DNA of 64,000 nt from Macrostomum lignano (GCA_002269645.1 NIVC01001558.1:186001-250000), one strand, 5' to 3'. Shown: positions 47,601-60,900, counted from the first letter of the stretch. Notes: generated by a model from the sequence alone, not told the origin. Translations and numbers: made by a program.

Positions 47601-47931
47601 TCAAATAATTTTTTTCACAGTTCTTAAAGTTCTTATTTTCGAAAAGAGATACACAAACTCCTGAATGTTTTTAAATTTTATTTACTATTCATTTATAAAT
47701 CTCTCCTTCACAGTAAAGTGTAAACAAGCTTCGCATTTGACTATGGGTGGTCATAAAATGGTTTTAGTTTTAATCGCTTTTGAGAATCTTTCTTTGCATT
47801 CTCATAAAACAATATATTGTAATAAAAATTCTGGTTACATTTTTACATTCTTACAGCTTTTATCTGGGCTGAACTTGTCTCTGCAGATTCCCTAGCAGCA
47901 TTTATTATCGCAAGCCAAGGACCAGTAGAAC

Positions 47932-50900
47932 ATGGAGACAGCAGCTGCTAACTCGCCAGGCGGTCGGTTGATGCCGCCGCCTCGTAATCGCATGATTGTC
48001 ATCTCCACCGCCCCCGCCTCTGGCTCTCAGTCTGTCTCACAAGCCACTGCGCCCTCCTCCGCTGGCTCAACTGGCAGCGAAGCTGTCGGCGAGGAGGACA
48101 GCGGCTCCGTGTGCAGCTGCGGCAGCGATAGGTGAGCAGTTATTAACGGACCTTATGCTATGCATAAAGTAATAGGGGGTTGTAGCCGAGTGGTTAAGAG
48201 CGTCGGAATCACGACTTGAAGGTCGGGGTTCGATTCCCGAATCCCGATCCCACAAAAACAATTTGTGTCCTTAAGCAAGACACTTAACTCTGCATTGCTT
48301 CAGTTCACCCAGCTGTAAAATGGGCACTCAGCATTAGCTGGGGTAATTGAGGCTGTGTGTGGCGACCCCCCAGTCCTTGGACTGAACAGCCGTACGCAGC
48401 CTTCAGATACGCTGCGCAGTAGCTCCATTAGGTGTAATCAATTATTAGTATTATGAAGTAATAAAATTCTCGCGCTAATCTAATCGTGACTTTTTTGCAT
48501 ACTTGTGCCCTCTTTACACTGTATTTCAGCAGCTGATTGCCATAGACCAGGGGTTGGCAAACTTTTTCTACCTCAAGGGCCAGATAGACAATTCAGCTCA
48601 TGTCTGCGGGAGGGTGGGATTGGAAAGGAAAGGGAATAGAAGATGAGAGATGAGAGGAGATGCGATAGATAGGATGAGAGAGCAAATAAAAGATGAGAGA
48701 AAGAAGAGAGGGGTGAGCGGAGAGAGAGAAGAGAGAGGAGAGGGAGAGCTTTGCTATTACTATAAAAAGCGATATCTATGACAAGATAAATTTCCAGAAG
48801 CTGCTTTGGACCCCAGATGCCAGATTGGCACTTTATTATTATTTTTTAATCTCAATGCCATTCAGAGAGGCTCTGGGTAGAGCCGTTGGTACTCTATTTG
48901 ATTGCTTTTTGTGCAGTTCCTTGTGCTTTCTAGTATTAAAGTTAAAGAAACAATTCATTCTTCAAGAAATATCCAGCTTTTAGTACATGAAAGATGATAG
49001 TTGTCACATCTAGAAATTTACCCCTCTATTATAATAAAAGTTCACACCGGCAGCAGCAGCAGCAACAGCAGAAGCCTCCACAGAAGCCATGCTGCTGCCG
49101 GACCAGAGCGCAGAAGATCCTGGAGGCCGGATACCACCAGGCCCTGCTCGGCTGCGATCAGGAGCCGCCGCACAACTGGCAGGCCACCAAAGCCACAGTT
49201 AAAGAGCGGGTTGCCTACCTGTTTAACACGCAGTACATGTCGGATGTGACATTTCTAGTTGGCCAGGCGCCAAATGAGAAGTCCGTGCCGGCTCATCGAT
49301 TTGTGCTGTCAATCAGCAGCGCCGTGTTCGACGCCCTGTTGAACGGGCCGCTGGCCGACACTAGCGGCCAGACCATTCGGCTGCCTGATGTGGATCCGAC
49401 CGCGTTCCTGGCCCTGCTGCGCTTCATCTACTCGGACCAGGTAATATTCAAAATTATGGTACTTCCTAATGGTGAATTGAAAATACTACAGAACCACACA
49501 CACGCCACACCCCACGCACACAAGCAAAACCACACACGCTCAACCACGCACACACTCAACACCCACGCACACAGACCCACTCACAAAGCACGCACACCCA
49601 CACCGACGCACACACATTTGAGAACACACCCCTTGTCTTTTTTCTATACTTTCATCTAAATAATTCACTTCGTAGGATATTACTTATTCAGACAGCTACC
49701 ACAGTCAGTAGGTATTGCACTTATTGTCAGCAAACGATTACGCTAAAAGCATGACAATGAGTGTCTTTCCGTCTTTTTCCGTACGTTTAGCATGTTTGTC
49801 GTTGTTCTGTTACTAAAAAGGTTATAAAAGCAATTAAGCAAGTGCTGCTGTACACCCTGTGTGAGCGTGTGCATGAGTGTGTGTCTGCGTACAGTATTGG
49901 CGAGCTTGTATGTGCTTAGGAGCCAGCGGAATGTGCAGAATTGCTGTCAGCGCTGCTTTTGGGACGATCTCACCGAAGGCATTGCGTCATTGAGCCCCAT
50001 AATTACTATTATTAGTTAGTGCACATAAACTTGGCAATGCTATTGCAACATCTGGTACTATCGATATTTGCGTTTCCAAGTATGCAGCATATTAGTATAA
50101 TTTAATCTGCATCGGTTGCAGGTGTGCCTCGACCCGGACTGCGTGATGGCCACGCTGTACGCGGCCAAGAAATACGCAGTGCCAGCTCTGGAGCGCGAGT
50201 GCGTTGACTACCTGAAGCGGCACCTGTCTGTTGACAATGCCTTCCTGCTGCTTGGCCAGGCCAGGATGTTTGACGAGCCCCAGCTGGCCAGCCTGTGCCT
50301 GGAGCTCATTGACCGCAATACGGCCGAGGCTGTCCAGTCAGAAACCTTTGCCGATGTTGATGTTGAGACTCTGTGCTGCGTGCTGGAACGGGATGGCCTC
50401 GCCATCAAGGAATGCGACCTGTTTATGGCGGCTAGGTGAGTCAGAAAGCACTGTGCAGACAGTACTTATTATGCATAGGCAATTTTCTATAGGCAGCATA
50501 TGTACCGGTTATGGACGAGCGTACTTGTATATTAGAGTTCAGGGGTAGTGTCTTATCGGTAAACGCGTCTGACTGTCGCCCTACGACCTCTCGTTGGATT
50601 CCGTTCGCGGCTACATTTATAGCCGGAGGTTGGCAAGCGATTCACACACATGAGGGCCAACCCCCCCCCCAAGGGGCCACAGAGAGTGCATGCCTGACGA
50701 TCAGGGCCGTTGTACACCCAATGTGAGCGTTGTGTATGAGTGCGTGCCCTGCGTGGCCTGCGTTGTAACCTAGTGGTTAGAGCGTTAGACTCACGACTGA
50801 AAGGTCGGGGGTTCGATTCTAAGCTGTAACATGGGTACCAGCATTAGCTGGGATAATTAAAGGTGTGTATGGCGAACCCCTCCCCCCTCCAGTCCTCCGA

Positions 50901-52936
50901 CTGAACAGCCGTACGCAGCCTTCAGATGCGCCGCGCAATAGCTGCGGCTGAGATGTCGATTGCACATCTGCACATTAGGGCAGGTGCAATCAATTATTAT
51001 TTATGTGCCTGTGTACAGTATTTGCACGCTTGTGTGTGCTCAGGAGTCAGTGGCTGTGGAGCGATTTCACCGGAAGCATTGCGTCAGGGTGTCCACAACC
51101 CTATTGTGATAATTATTATCATTATTACATTGTAGTTTTGATAGCGTTTCTACTTTGAACAAACTAAATCAGTTGATAAACAAAAAATCTGCTGCTCATC
51201 TCAGGCGCTGGGCAGAGAGCCACTTAGCCAAGGCGGGCGTGTCCTGTACGCCTGAAAATCTCCGACGAGAGCTCGGCCGCGCGCTGGGCCTCATTCGGTT
51301 TCCGCTGATGTCACCGGAAGAGTTCGCGCACTGCGTGGTGCAGAGCCGTGTCCTACTAGACCAAGAGGCTGTCAGTGTTTTCATGTACTATTACACCAAT
51401 CCAAAGCCTTGCACGGGGTTCAATGATCAGCCCAGGTGCTCATATGCCGGCAAGGAGCACGTGATTAGCCGGTTCTGCGCTGTAGAGCAGCGCTGGGGCT
51501 ACTCCGGCACCAGTGACCGAGTTCGATTCAGCGTCAACCGACGCATTCTGGTGGTCGGATTTGGCCTGTACGGCTCGATCCATGGTCCGGCCGACTATTC
51601 TGTCAAGGTGATTTGCGGCTTGGGGTTTTGTAGTAATAGCAGCTGTGCACTGATTAGCACTGTTGTGGACAGGGACTAGGGAGTAATGACCTCATTGGAT
51701 GGGATGTCCTCTATGACTAGCTATAGATAGTGATAGTGATGGCCAGCCATGGACCGCAGGATCCTGGGGTGATGGCCAGCCATGGACCGCAGGATCCTGG
51801 GGTGATAACCAGCCATGAACTGTATAAGCTTGGGCTGATGACTAGCCATGAACTGTATAAGCTTGGGCTGATGACTAGCCATGAACTGTATAAGCTTGGG
51901 CTGATGACTAGCCATGAACTGTATAAGCTTGGGCTGATGACTAGCCATGAACTGAAGCTTGGATTGATGACTAGCCATGAACTGTATAAGCTTGGGCTGA
52001 TGACTAGCCAGGAACTGAAGCTTGGATTGATGACTAGCCAGGAACTGTATAAGCTTGGGCTGATGACTAGCCATGAACTAAAGCTTGGGCTGATGACTAG
52101 CCATGAACTGTATAAGCTTGGGCTGATGACTAGCCATGAACTGTATAAACTTGAGCTGATGACTAGCCAGGAACTGAAGCTTGGGCTGATGACTAGCCAT
52201 AAACTAAAGCTTGGGCTGATGACTAGCCAGAAACTGAAGCTTGGGCTGATGACTAGCCATGAACTGTATAAGCTTGGGCTGATGACTAGCCATGAACTGT
52301 ATAAGCTTGGGCTGATGACTAGCCATGAACTGTATAAGCTTGGGCTGATGACTAGCCAGGAACTGAAGCTTGGATTGATGACTAGCCATGAACTGTATAA
52401 GCTTGGGCTGATGACTAGCCATGAACTGTATAAGCTTGGGGTGATGACCAGCCTTGGACCGGAGGACGTTGAGGAAATATTTTAAAATATACACGTGCTT
52501 AATCGATGTTGTTTTGTAAGGCAGTTGAGTTACAATATTTCGATACGCAAGGGCGGTAGACCGAGATGACAGGCTTATCTGAATGTATAGCCGTACACAA
52601 CGCCCACACACACATTAACAGGTTGAGATAATACACACGGACAGTGGCCGCCTGCTCGGCTCAAATGACACCGCTTTCCAATGCGACGGTTCCAATAGTA
52701 CATTTCGCGTTTGCTTCAAAGAGCCAGTAGAGGTGCTTGAAAATGTCAACTACATGGCGTGCGCCACGCTGAAGGGGCCGGACAGTTACTACGGCACTAA
52801 GGGAGCGCGTAAGATAACTCACGACTCGCCCAGTCACGGCAAGGTGACTTTCCAGTTCTGCTACGCTGCCGGCAATAACAATGGTACATCTGTGGAGGAT
52901 GGGCAAATTCCTGAGATCATTTTCTGCTTGCAGTAG
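47932..52936 (+). CDS. BTBD2: BTB-BACK-PHR protein (BTBD1/BTBD2 orthologue). Exons 47932-48131, 49041-49440, 50122-50435, 51205-51607, 52622-52936
   Basis: BTB ([26 protein letters not shown]), BACK ([14 protein letters not shown]; [12 protein letters not shown]) and PHR ([14 protein letters not shown]; [17 protein letters not shown]). GT-AG phases are consistent. Confidence 0.92.
48175..48450 (+). mobile_element. CORE-type SINE family A (BTBD intron 1)
   Basis: A box TAGCCGAGTGG, B box GGTTCGATTCC, full CORE-like segment. Confidence 0.88.
48548..48760 (-). mobile_element. Partial inverted copy of the hAT MITE family
   Basis: caggggttggcaaactttttctacctcaagggccagatag matches the reverse complement of the 25040-25104 end, followed by the GA-rich filler. 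Confidence 0.65.
49846..50015 (+). mobile_element. SINE family B, 5'-truncated and uninterrupted
   Basis: gctgtacaccctgtgtgagcgtgtgcatgagtgtgtgtctgcgtacagtatt... with an ATT-rich tail. Confidence 0.6.
50545..51125 (+). mobile_element. Composite: SINE B-like element with SINE A (about 50762-51002) nested inside
   Basis: The B body breaks after gagtgcgtgccct and resumes at gtgcctgtgtacagtatt after the A copy. Confidence 0.65.
51735..52465. repeat. 33/30-bp minisatellite (gatgactagccatgaactgtataagcttgggct) in BTBD intron 4
   Basis: Direct tandem repeat. Confidence 0.95.
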
Positions 52937-53459
52937 TAGTGCGCGCAAAAAATTCTTTACTAATGTATATTAATGTTTACTAAAATATCAGGCGATTATT
53001 TGTGATCAACACAGTATTTTCGAATTCGCCACAATATTAATTAGTTTGATTGCTTTTAATCAAAATAGTGTTTCAAAAGTAACGAAAAGTGTAGGGTAAT
53101 TATATTGGAATTTTTACCCAGAAATTTTCCTGATATGGGCAGCATCCAACTTCAGTTTAAACTTTACACTATATCTTCACGACGCAGCATTGAAGAATAA
53201 CAGCAGCATTTATTTTTATTGTTCTAAATTTGATAATTGATTGATAGAAACGCAACGCAGCCTGAGATCAGCTGAGTTGGTTCAAGGGTGCAGCTTCTTC
53301 GAGTCGGGGGTTACGGTGCTGGACCAGATTCTACGTAAGACTGAATCGCTGCACGCAGTCGTCACCATCAAAGAATCCCCCATGGAAGGTATACTCTATG
53401 GGGGCGTTGCTGTGGCTCATTTGTAACATCCCATAGTTATAGTAAATACTATAACTTCA

Positions 53460-53760
53460 GGGGGTTGCAGCCTAGTGGTTATAGCGTCGGTCTCACAACT
53501 GAAAGGTCGGGGGTTCGATTACCGATCCCACTGGAACAATTTGCGTCCTTGAGCAAGACACTTAACTCTGCATTGCTTCAGTTCACCCAGCTGTAAAATG
53601 GGTGCCAGCATTAGCTGGGGTAATTGAGGGTGTGTGTGGCGACCCCCAGTCCTTGGACTGAACAGCCGTACGCAGCCTTCAGATGCGCCGCGCAATAGCT
53701 GCGGCTGAGCTGTCGGTTGCACATCTGGCCATTAGGGCAGGTGTAATCAATTATTATTAT
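53460..53760 (+). mobile_element. CORE-type SINE family A, full-length
   Basis: tRNA-like head, ungapped CORE segment, 3' body and (ATT)n tail. Confidence 0.9.
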
Positions 53761-53930
53761 AGTAAATCCAATTTGATTAAAAAGATGATTAAAAATCACA
53801 CCGCTGTGTATCAGTGCTTTTTAGCAATGACGAGTTGATTTTTATTTCCTAAAACCAGTTTTAGCCACCGATTCTACGATTATATTCCTAGATTTTGTCA
53901 CTTCAGCATTTGCTAATGTATTTAGCGACC

Positions 53931-54042
53931 GCCAGCGCGAAAACCCGGGGTTTGGGCCACAGACACCAGCTGCTGCTGCTAATGCTTGAGCGCAGCAGAA
54001 GCTTCAGTCTATGGTCTGAACCCCGAGGTTTTTGCGTTGCGG
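53931..54042. mobile_element. Palindromic mini-element, copy 2 (inverted relative to 33343)
   Basis: Its reverse complement matches 33343-33449 over about 105 bp. Confidence 0.65.
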
Positions 54043-54987
54043 CCAGGCGGCTGCAGTGGCCTTCTAAGTAATATATATAGAAGGTGGGGTTTTAGGATCT
54101 CAAACGAAACAATTTTCTAGTGGTGCCATGATTGGCTCTTATCAATTGAAGTTTCGTAAAAGTGAAGCCTAATAAAAGCACAGATTCAATGATTCTTGAC
54201 TAACAATCATGCTTCATCAAATTGGCCCCAAGACTATATGCATCACTGATATATACTAAAGCTTTGTGCTGTACATATGAGCAGAGTTTCTGGTTAAAAT
54301 TTTTAAGTGGATAAGTTTGTCAAGTCGTAAGCTAATCGTAAGAGAACGAATAGAATGCTCTTCGTCAGCTAAGGGTTGTAGATCTGCCTCTGTGTTTGTG
54401 TGTACATAAATACTTTAATTTTATGTTGCTATGCTATTCAATTAACATTGCTAGCGCTTTCTTGATTCATTCACGTCTCTGTGAGGCTCCTTTCATTAGT
54501 ACGGTACTTTTTTGTCTGTAGAAAGTTATTTGTATCAAATCCTTGCTGTGTATTGATTACTGTTGATTGCTTGAAAAAGTTGAACTTGTGAATCTCAGTT
54601 ATGATCTGTTTGAATTATTTTTGCTACAATAAACTAGCTATAGTAGTTTTGTCCATTGTCCCAGCTTTTCCAATTGAAGCTTGGCTTTAACTCTGGCTGT
54701 AACTCTTTAGTTATTGTATAGACTTATTGTGTTGTAAATATATATGAGCATTCTGCATATGATGCTGCAACTTTAGCACTTGTACTGCTGTTTGACATTT
54801 GCTTCCTTTTTGACTCAATGCAGATGTGATATAGGTTGTCTAGTGCGGGGAGTAGCTCGTGGGAACAGGTTAATGGAGGGTGTCATCTTTATAGGGTAGT
54901 AGATTGCCTTAGGGCTGTTTATTAGTGTGCAATGCTAATTTAGCGTGAATCCCGGACATTGCAGGCTGCCGGCTGTGGCTCGCGTGC

Positions 54988-57900
54988 ATGAGGATCCAGA
55001 TATTCGGCGCCAGCGCCGAGACCAGCTCGCTACTGGTTGAACCGGCTGCCCAGCTTAGCCAGCTGCTGGCACAGTTGTCAGCCACTGCTGGTGTACAGCT
55101 CAGCGACTATTTCAGGTACATCAGAGATGGTGTTTTTTGCAATGTCCAGATAGGCGCCACGACCCCAGGTTCACAACCATGAGGACCAACCCTCCAAGGC
55201 ACAGGGAACGTACATGCCTGTCGATTAGAAAGTTGGGGCCGCTGTACACCCTGTGTGAGCGTGTGTGTGAGTGCGTGCCCTCCATGGCCTAGTGGTTGTA
55301 GCGTCGGATTCACGACTTAAAGGTCTGGGGTTCGATTCCCGGTCCCACAAAAACAGTTTGTGTCGTTAAGCAAGACACTTGACTCTGCATTGCTTCAGTT
55401 CACCCAGCTGTAATTAATGGGTGCCAGCATTAGCTGGGGTAATTGAGGGTGCGTGTGGCGACCCCCCAGTCCTTGGACTGAACAGCCGTACGCAGCCTTC
55501 AGATGCGCCTCGCAATAGCTGCGGCTGAGCTGTCGGTTGCACACCTACCCATTGAGCGTGTGCATGAGTGCGTGCCTGCGTACAGTATTGGAGCGCTTTT
55601 ATGTACTCAGGAGTCAGTGAAATGGGCGCTGGTTGTGGCTGATGTCGCCGGCAGCAGTCTTATTGACAAAAATTCACATTGCTACCCGTCTAATCAAGGT
55701 GCGAAGACGAGGACGGCGATTTGGTGACTGTACGGGACGATAACGATCTTCATCAGCTGATTGAGTACAACCAGGTGGTGCGGTTCCACTGCAGCCAGCA
55801 GGGTTGCGTGTCTGTTCAACAGCAGGCGCCGCCGCAGCCAACGCAGACTCCGCTACCGGCTCCGTGGATTTCTGGGGCGCCGAGCTCCCTGTCTCCGCCA
55901 ACTCCGCCGTTTTCAACGCACCTGTCTCCGATGCAGGTGCGGCTGGCTTTTTCAAGTTAAAACAAGCTGTAGGAAGCGCTGTTGGATTCTCATTTTCAAG
56001 TTAAAACAAGCTGTAGGAAGCGCTGTTAGATTCTCATTTTCAAGTTAAAACAAGCTGTAGGAAGCGCTGTTAGATTCTCATTTTCAAGTTAAAACAAGCT
56101 GTAGGAAGCGCTGTTAGATTCTCATTTTCAAGTTAAAACAAGCTGTAGGAAGCGCTGTTAGATTCTCATTTTCAAGTTAAAACAAGCTGTAGGAAGCGCT
56201 GTTAGATTCTCATTTTCTAGTTAAAACAAGCTGTAGGAAGCGCTGTTAGATTCTCATTTTCAAGTTAAAACAAGCTGTAGGAAGCGCTGTTGGATTCTCA
56301 TTTTCAAGTTAAAACAAGCTATAGGAAGCGCTGTTGGATTCTCATTTTCAAGTTAAAACAAGCTGTAGGAAGCGCTGTTAGATTCTCATTTTCAAGTTAA
56401 AACAAGCTGTAGGAAGCGCTGTTAGATTCTCATTTTCAAGTTAAAACAAGCTGTAGGAAGCGCTGTTGGATTCTCATTTTCAAATTAAAACAAGCTGTAG
56501 GAAGCGCTGTTAGATTCTCATTTTCAAGTTAAAACAAGCTGTAGGAAGCGCTGTTAGATTCTCATTTTCAAGTTAAAACAAGCTGTAGGAAGCGCTGTTA
56601 GATTCTCATTTTCAAGTTAAAACAAGCTGTAGGAAGCGCTGTTAGATTCTTATTTTCTAGTTAAAACAAGCTGTAGGAAGCGCTGTTAGATTCTCATTTT
56701 CAAGTTAAAACAAGCTGTAGGAAGCGCTGTTAGATTCTCATTTTCTAGTTAAAACAAGCTGTAGGAAGCGCTGTTAGATTCTCATTTTCAAGTTAAAACA
56801 AGCTGTAGGAAGCGCTGTTAGATTCTCATTTTCAAGTTAAAACAAGCTGTAGGAAGCGCTGTTAGATTCTCATTTTCAAGTTAAAACAAGCTGTAGGAAG
56901 CGCTGTTAGATTCTCATTTTCTAGTTAAAACAAGCTGTAGGAAGCGCTGTTAGATTCTCATTTTCTAGTTAAAACAAGCTGTAGGAAGCGCTGTTGGATT
57001 CTCATTTTCAAGTTAAAACAAGCTGTAGGAAGCGCTGTTGGATTCTCATTTTCTAGTTAAAACAAGCTGTAGGAAGCGCTGTTGGATTCTCATTTTCAAG
57101 TTAAAACAAGCTGTAGGAAGCGCTGTTAGATTCTCATTTTCAAGTTAAAACAAGCTGTAGGAAGCGCTGTTAGATTCTCATTTTCAAGTTAAAACAAGCT
57201 GTAGGAAGCGCTGTTAGATTCTCATTTTCAAGTTAAAACAAGCTGTAGGAAGCGCTGTTAGATTCTCATTTTCAAGTTAAAACAAGCTGTAGGAAGCGCT
57301 GTTAGATTCTCATTTTCAAGTTAAAACAAGCTGTAGGAAGCGCTGTTAGATTCTCATTTTCAAGTTAAAACAAGCTGTAGGAAGCGCTGTTAGATTCTCA
57401 TTTTCTAGTTAAAACAAGCTGTAGGAAGCGCTGTTAGATTCTCATTTTCTAGTTAAAACAAGCTGTAGGAAGCACTCTTAGATTCTCATTTTCTAGTTAA
57501 AACAAGCTGTAGGAAGCGCTCTTAGATTCTCATTTTCTAGTTAAAACAAGCTGTAGGAAGCACTGTAAGATTCTCATATCATAGACTGCAACAACACAAT
57601 GTTAATAGTGAATAAGCTAAAGTACATGATTGTTAGAGATATTGACAGGGTCACTTTGCTAAATAAGCTTCCTGTATTATCTCTGTGTATGTACACAGGT
57701 ACACGATTAGCAGGTTTTATAAATGGAATCTTTGTATGATTAATGGTCAACAAATCCTGGCTTTAGCCTTCGCTCCGCACTGCCCTTTTGCCATCCCTTC
57801 AGTCCGGCAGCTGTGCAGCGGCAACTGGCGCGCCAGGCGGCAACGCGCCCCTGTCGCCCAAGCAATTCGCCTACGGCCAGGTGATCGGGCGGGGCCAGTT

Positions 57901-60900
57901 CGGCATTGTCTATCGGGCGGTGCAGTTATCCAGCGGCAAGCCTGTGGCCATCAAGTGCATCGACCTTGAGATGGACGAGGCCTTCCACTCCAGAATCCAG
58001 ATTGAGCTGGAGATTCTGGCCAACTGCTCATCGCCTTACATTATCGCCTATCTGGGCGCTTTCTTTGTGGAAAACACCATTCACGTGTGCACAGACTGGA
58101 TGGATGGCGGGTCTTTGGACAAGTACGGCCGGCTGCCGGAGCAGATTCTCGGTGAGTGTGGGTCCGCATCCCACAACTGACAGTCCCCATTCCACAGCTG
58201 ACAGTCCCCATCCCAAAACTGACAGTCCCCATCCCACAGCTGACAGTCCCCATTCCACAACTGACAGTCCCCATTCCACAACTGAGAGTCCCCATTCCAC
58301 AGCTGGCAGTCCCCATTCCACAACTGACAGTCCCCATTCCACAGCTGACAGTCCTCATCCCACAACTGAGAGTCCGCATCCCACAACTGAGAGTCCTCAT
58401 CTCACAGCTGGCAGTCCCCATTCCACAACTGACAGTCCCCATCCCACAACTGAGAGTCCCCATTCCACAGCTGGCAGTCCCCATTCCACAACTGACAGTC
58501 CCCATTCCACAACTGAGAGTCCCCATCCCACAACTGACAGTCCCCATCCCACAACCGACAGTCCCCATTCCACAACCGACAGTCCCCATTCCACAACCGA
58601 CAGTCCCCATTCCACAACCGACAGTCCCCATTCCACAACTGACAGTCCCCATTCCAGAGCTGACAATCACCATCTAAAGTCTAGATTCCGCAGCTAAACC
58701 AATACCAATTTACACAGGTTTCGTCTGTCGCTGCGTTGTTGACGGCCTTCGCTACCTGTGGGGCAAGGGCGTCATGCACAGAGACGTGAAGACCGCCAAC
58801 ATCCTTGTGAATAGTGCCGGCGATGTGAAACTGTGCGACTTCGGCCTGGCAATCCAGCTGAAGAGCTCCATCGCCCTGTCCTACTGCGGCACCAGCGCCT
58901 ACATGTCCCCTGAGCGCATCATGGGCATGGAGTACAGAGTCCATTCCGACGTTTGGAGTCTGGGCATCACCCTATTTGAGCTGGCCACGGGCTCGCTGCC
59001 CTTCCCGGTTGGCCAGGGTCTGTCTGGCCCGATGCTCATTGCGCAGGCTGTAGTTGGAGGGCCGGCGCCCCGTTTATCGGCCGCGGAGTTCTCTGCTGAC
59101 CTGATACAGTTTGTAGATGCCTGGTGAGCCATCCGCAGTTGGCAGCTCCGGCCTTGTGCTCCTCTGCCCCTATGTTGGCTGTCATTCCATCTGCTCCCCA
59201 GTTGAGACTGCCATTCCCGCCTTGGTCCTCAGGAGAAGTGCCACTCCCGCCTTGGTCCTCAGGAGAAGTGCCACTCCCGCCTTGGTCCTCAGGGAAAGTG
59301 CCATTCCCGCCTTGGTCCTCAGGGGAAGTGCCACTCCCGCCTTGGTCCTCAGGAGAAGTGCCACTCCCGCCTTGGTCCTCAGGGAAAGTGCCATTCCCGC
59401 CTTGGTCCTCAGGGAAAGTGCCACTCCCGCCTTGGTCCTCAGGAGAAGTGCCACTCCCGCCTTGGTCCTCAGGGAAAGTGCCATTCCCGCCTTGGTCCTC
59501 AGGGGAAGTGCCACTCCCGCCCTAGGTCCTCAGGTTAAAGTGCCACTCCCGCCTTGGTCCTCAGGAGAAGTGCCACTCCCGCCTTGGTCCTCAGGGAAAG
59601 TGCCACTCCCGCCTTGGTCCTCAGGAGAAGTGCCACTCCCGCCTTGGTCCTCAGGGAAAGTGCCACTCCCGCCTTGGTCCTCAGGGGAAGTGCCACTCCC
59701 GCCCTAGGGTCCTCAGGTTAAAGTGCCACTCCCGCCTTGGTCCTCAGGGAAAGTGCCACTCCCGCCTTGGTCCTCAGGGGAAGTGCCACTCCCGCCCTAG
59801 GGTCCTCAGGTTAAAGTGCCACTCCCGCCTTGGTCCTCAGGTTAAAGTGCCACTCCCGCCTTGGTCCTCAGGGAAAGTGCCACTCCCGCCTTGGTCCTCA
59901 GGGGAAGTGCCATTCCCGCCTTGGTCCTCAGGGGAAGTGCCATTCCCGCCTTGGTCCTCAGGAGAAGTGCCACTCCCGCCTTGGTCCTCAGGAGAAGTGC
60001 CACTCCCGCCTTGGTCCTCAGGAGAAGTGCCATTCCCGCCTTGGTCCTCAGGGAAAGTGCCACTCCCGCCTTGGTCCTCAGGGGAAGTGCCATTCCCGCC
60101 TTGGTCCTCAGGGAAAGTGCCACTCCCGCCTTGGTCCTCAGGAGAAGTGCCACTCCCGCCTTGGTCCTCAGGAGAAGTGCCACTCCCGCCTTGGTCCTCA
60201 GGAGAAGTGCCTTTCCCGCCTCGGTCCTCAGGTGAAACTGCCATTCCCATCTGATCCGCAGGTAAAACTGCCATTCCCATCTGATCCTGAGGTGAAACTG
60301 GCGATTCCCATCTGGTCCTGAGGTGAAACTGGCCATTCCCATCTGGTCCTGAGGTGAAACTGGCCATTCCCATCTGGTCCTTAGGTGAAACTGACCATTC
60401 CCATCTGGTCCTGAGGTGAAACTGGCCATTCCCATCTGGTCCTGAGGTGAAACTGGCCATTCCCATCTGGTCCTTAGGTGAAACTGACCATTCCCATCTG
60501 GTCCTGAGGTGAAACTGGCCATTCCCATCTGGTCCTGAGGTGAAACTGGCCATTCCCATCTGGTCCTGAGGTGAAACTGACCATTCCCATCTGGTCCTGA
60601 GGTGAAACTGGCCATTCCCATCTGGTCCTGAGGTGAAACTGGCCATTCCCATCTGGTCCTGAGGTGAAACTGACCATTCCCATCTGGTCCTGAGGTGAAA
60701 CTGGCCATTCCCATCTGGTCCTTAGGTGAAACTGACCATTCCCATCTGGTCCTTAGGTGAAACTGACCATTCCCATCTGGTCCTGAGGTGAAACTGGCCA
60801 TTCCCATCTGGTCCTGAGGTGAAACTGGCCATTCCCATCTGGTCCTGAGGTGAAACTGGCCATTCCCATCTGGTCCTTAGGTGAAACTGACCATTCCCAT

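Noticed and set aside
51825-52440. CTGATGA in every repeat unit (satellite hammerhead?)
   Set aside because: It is followed by GAAC rather than GAAA, and no stem II can form.
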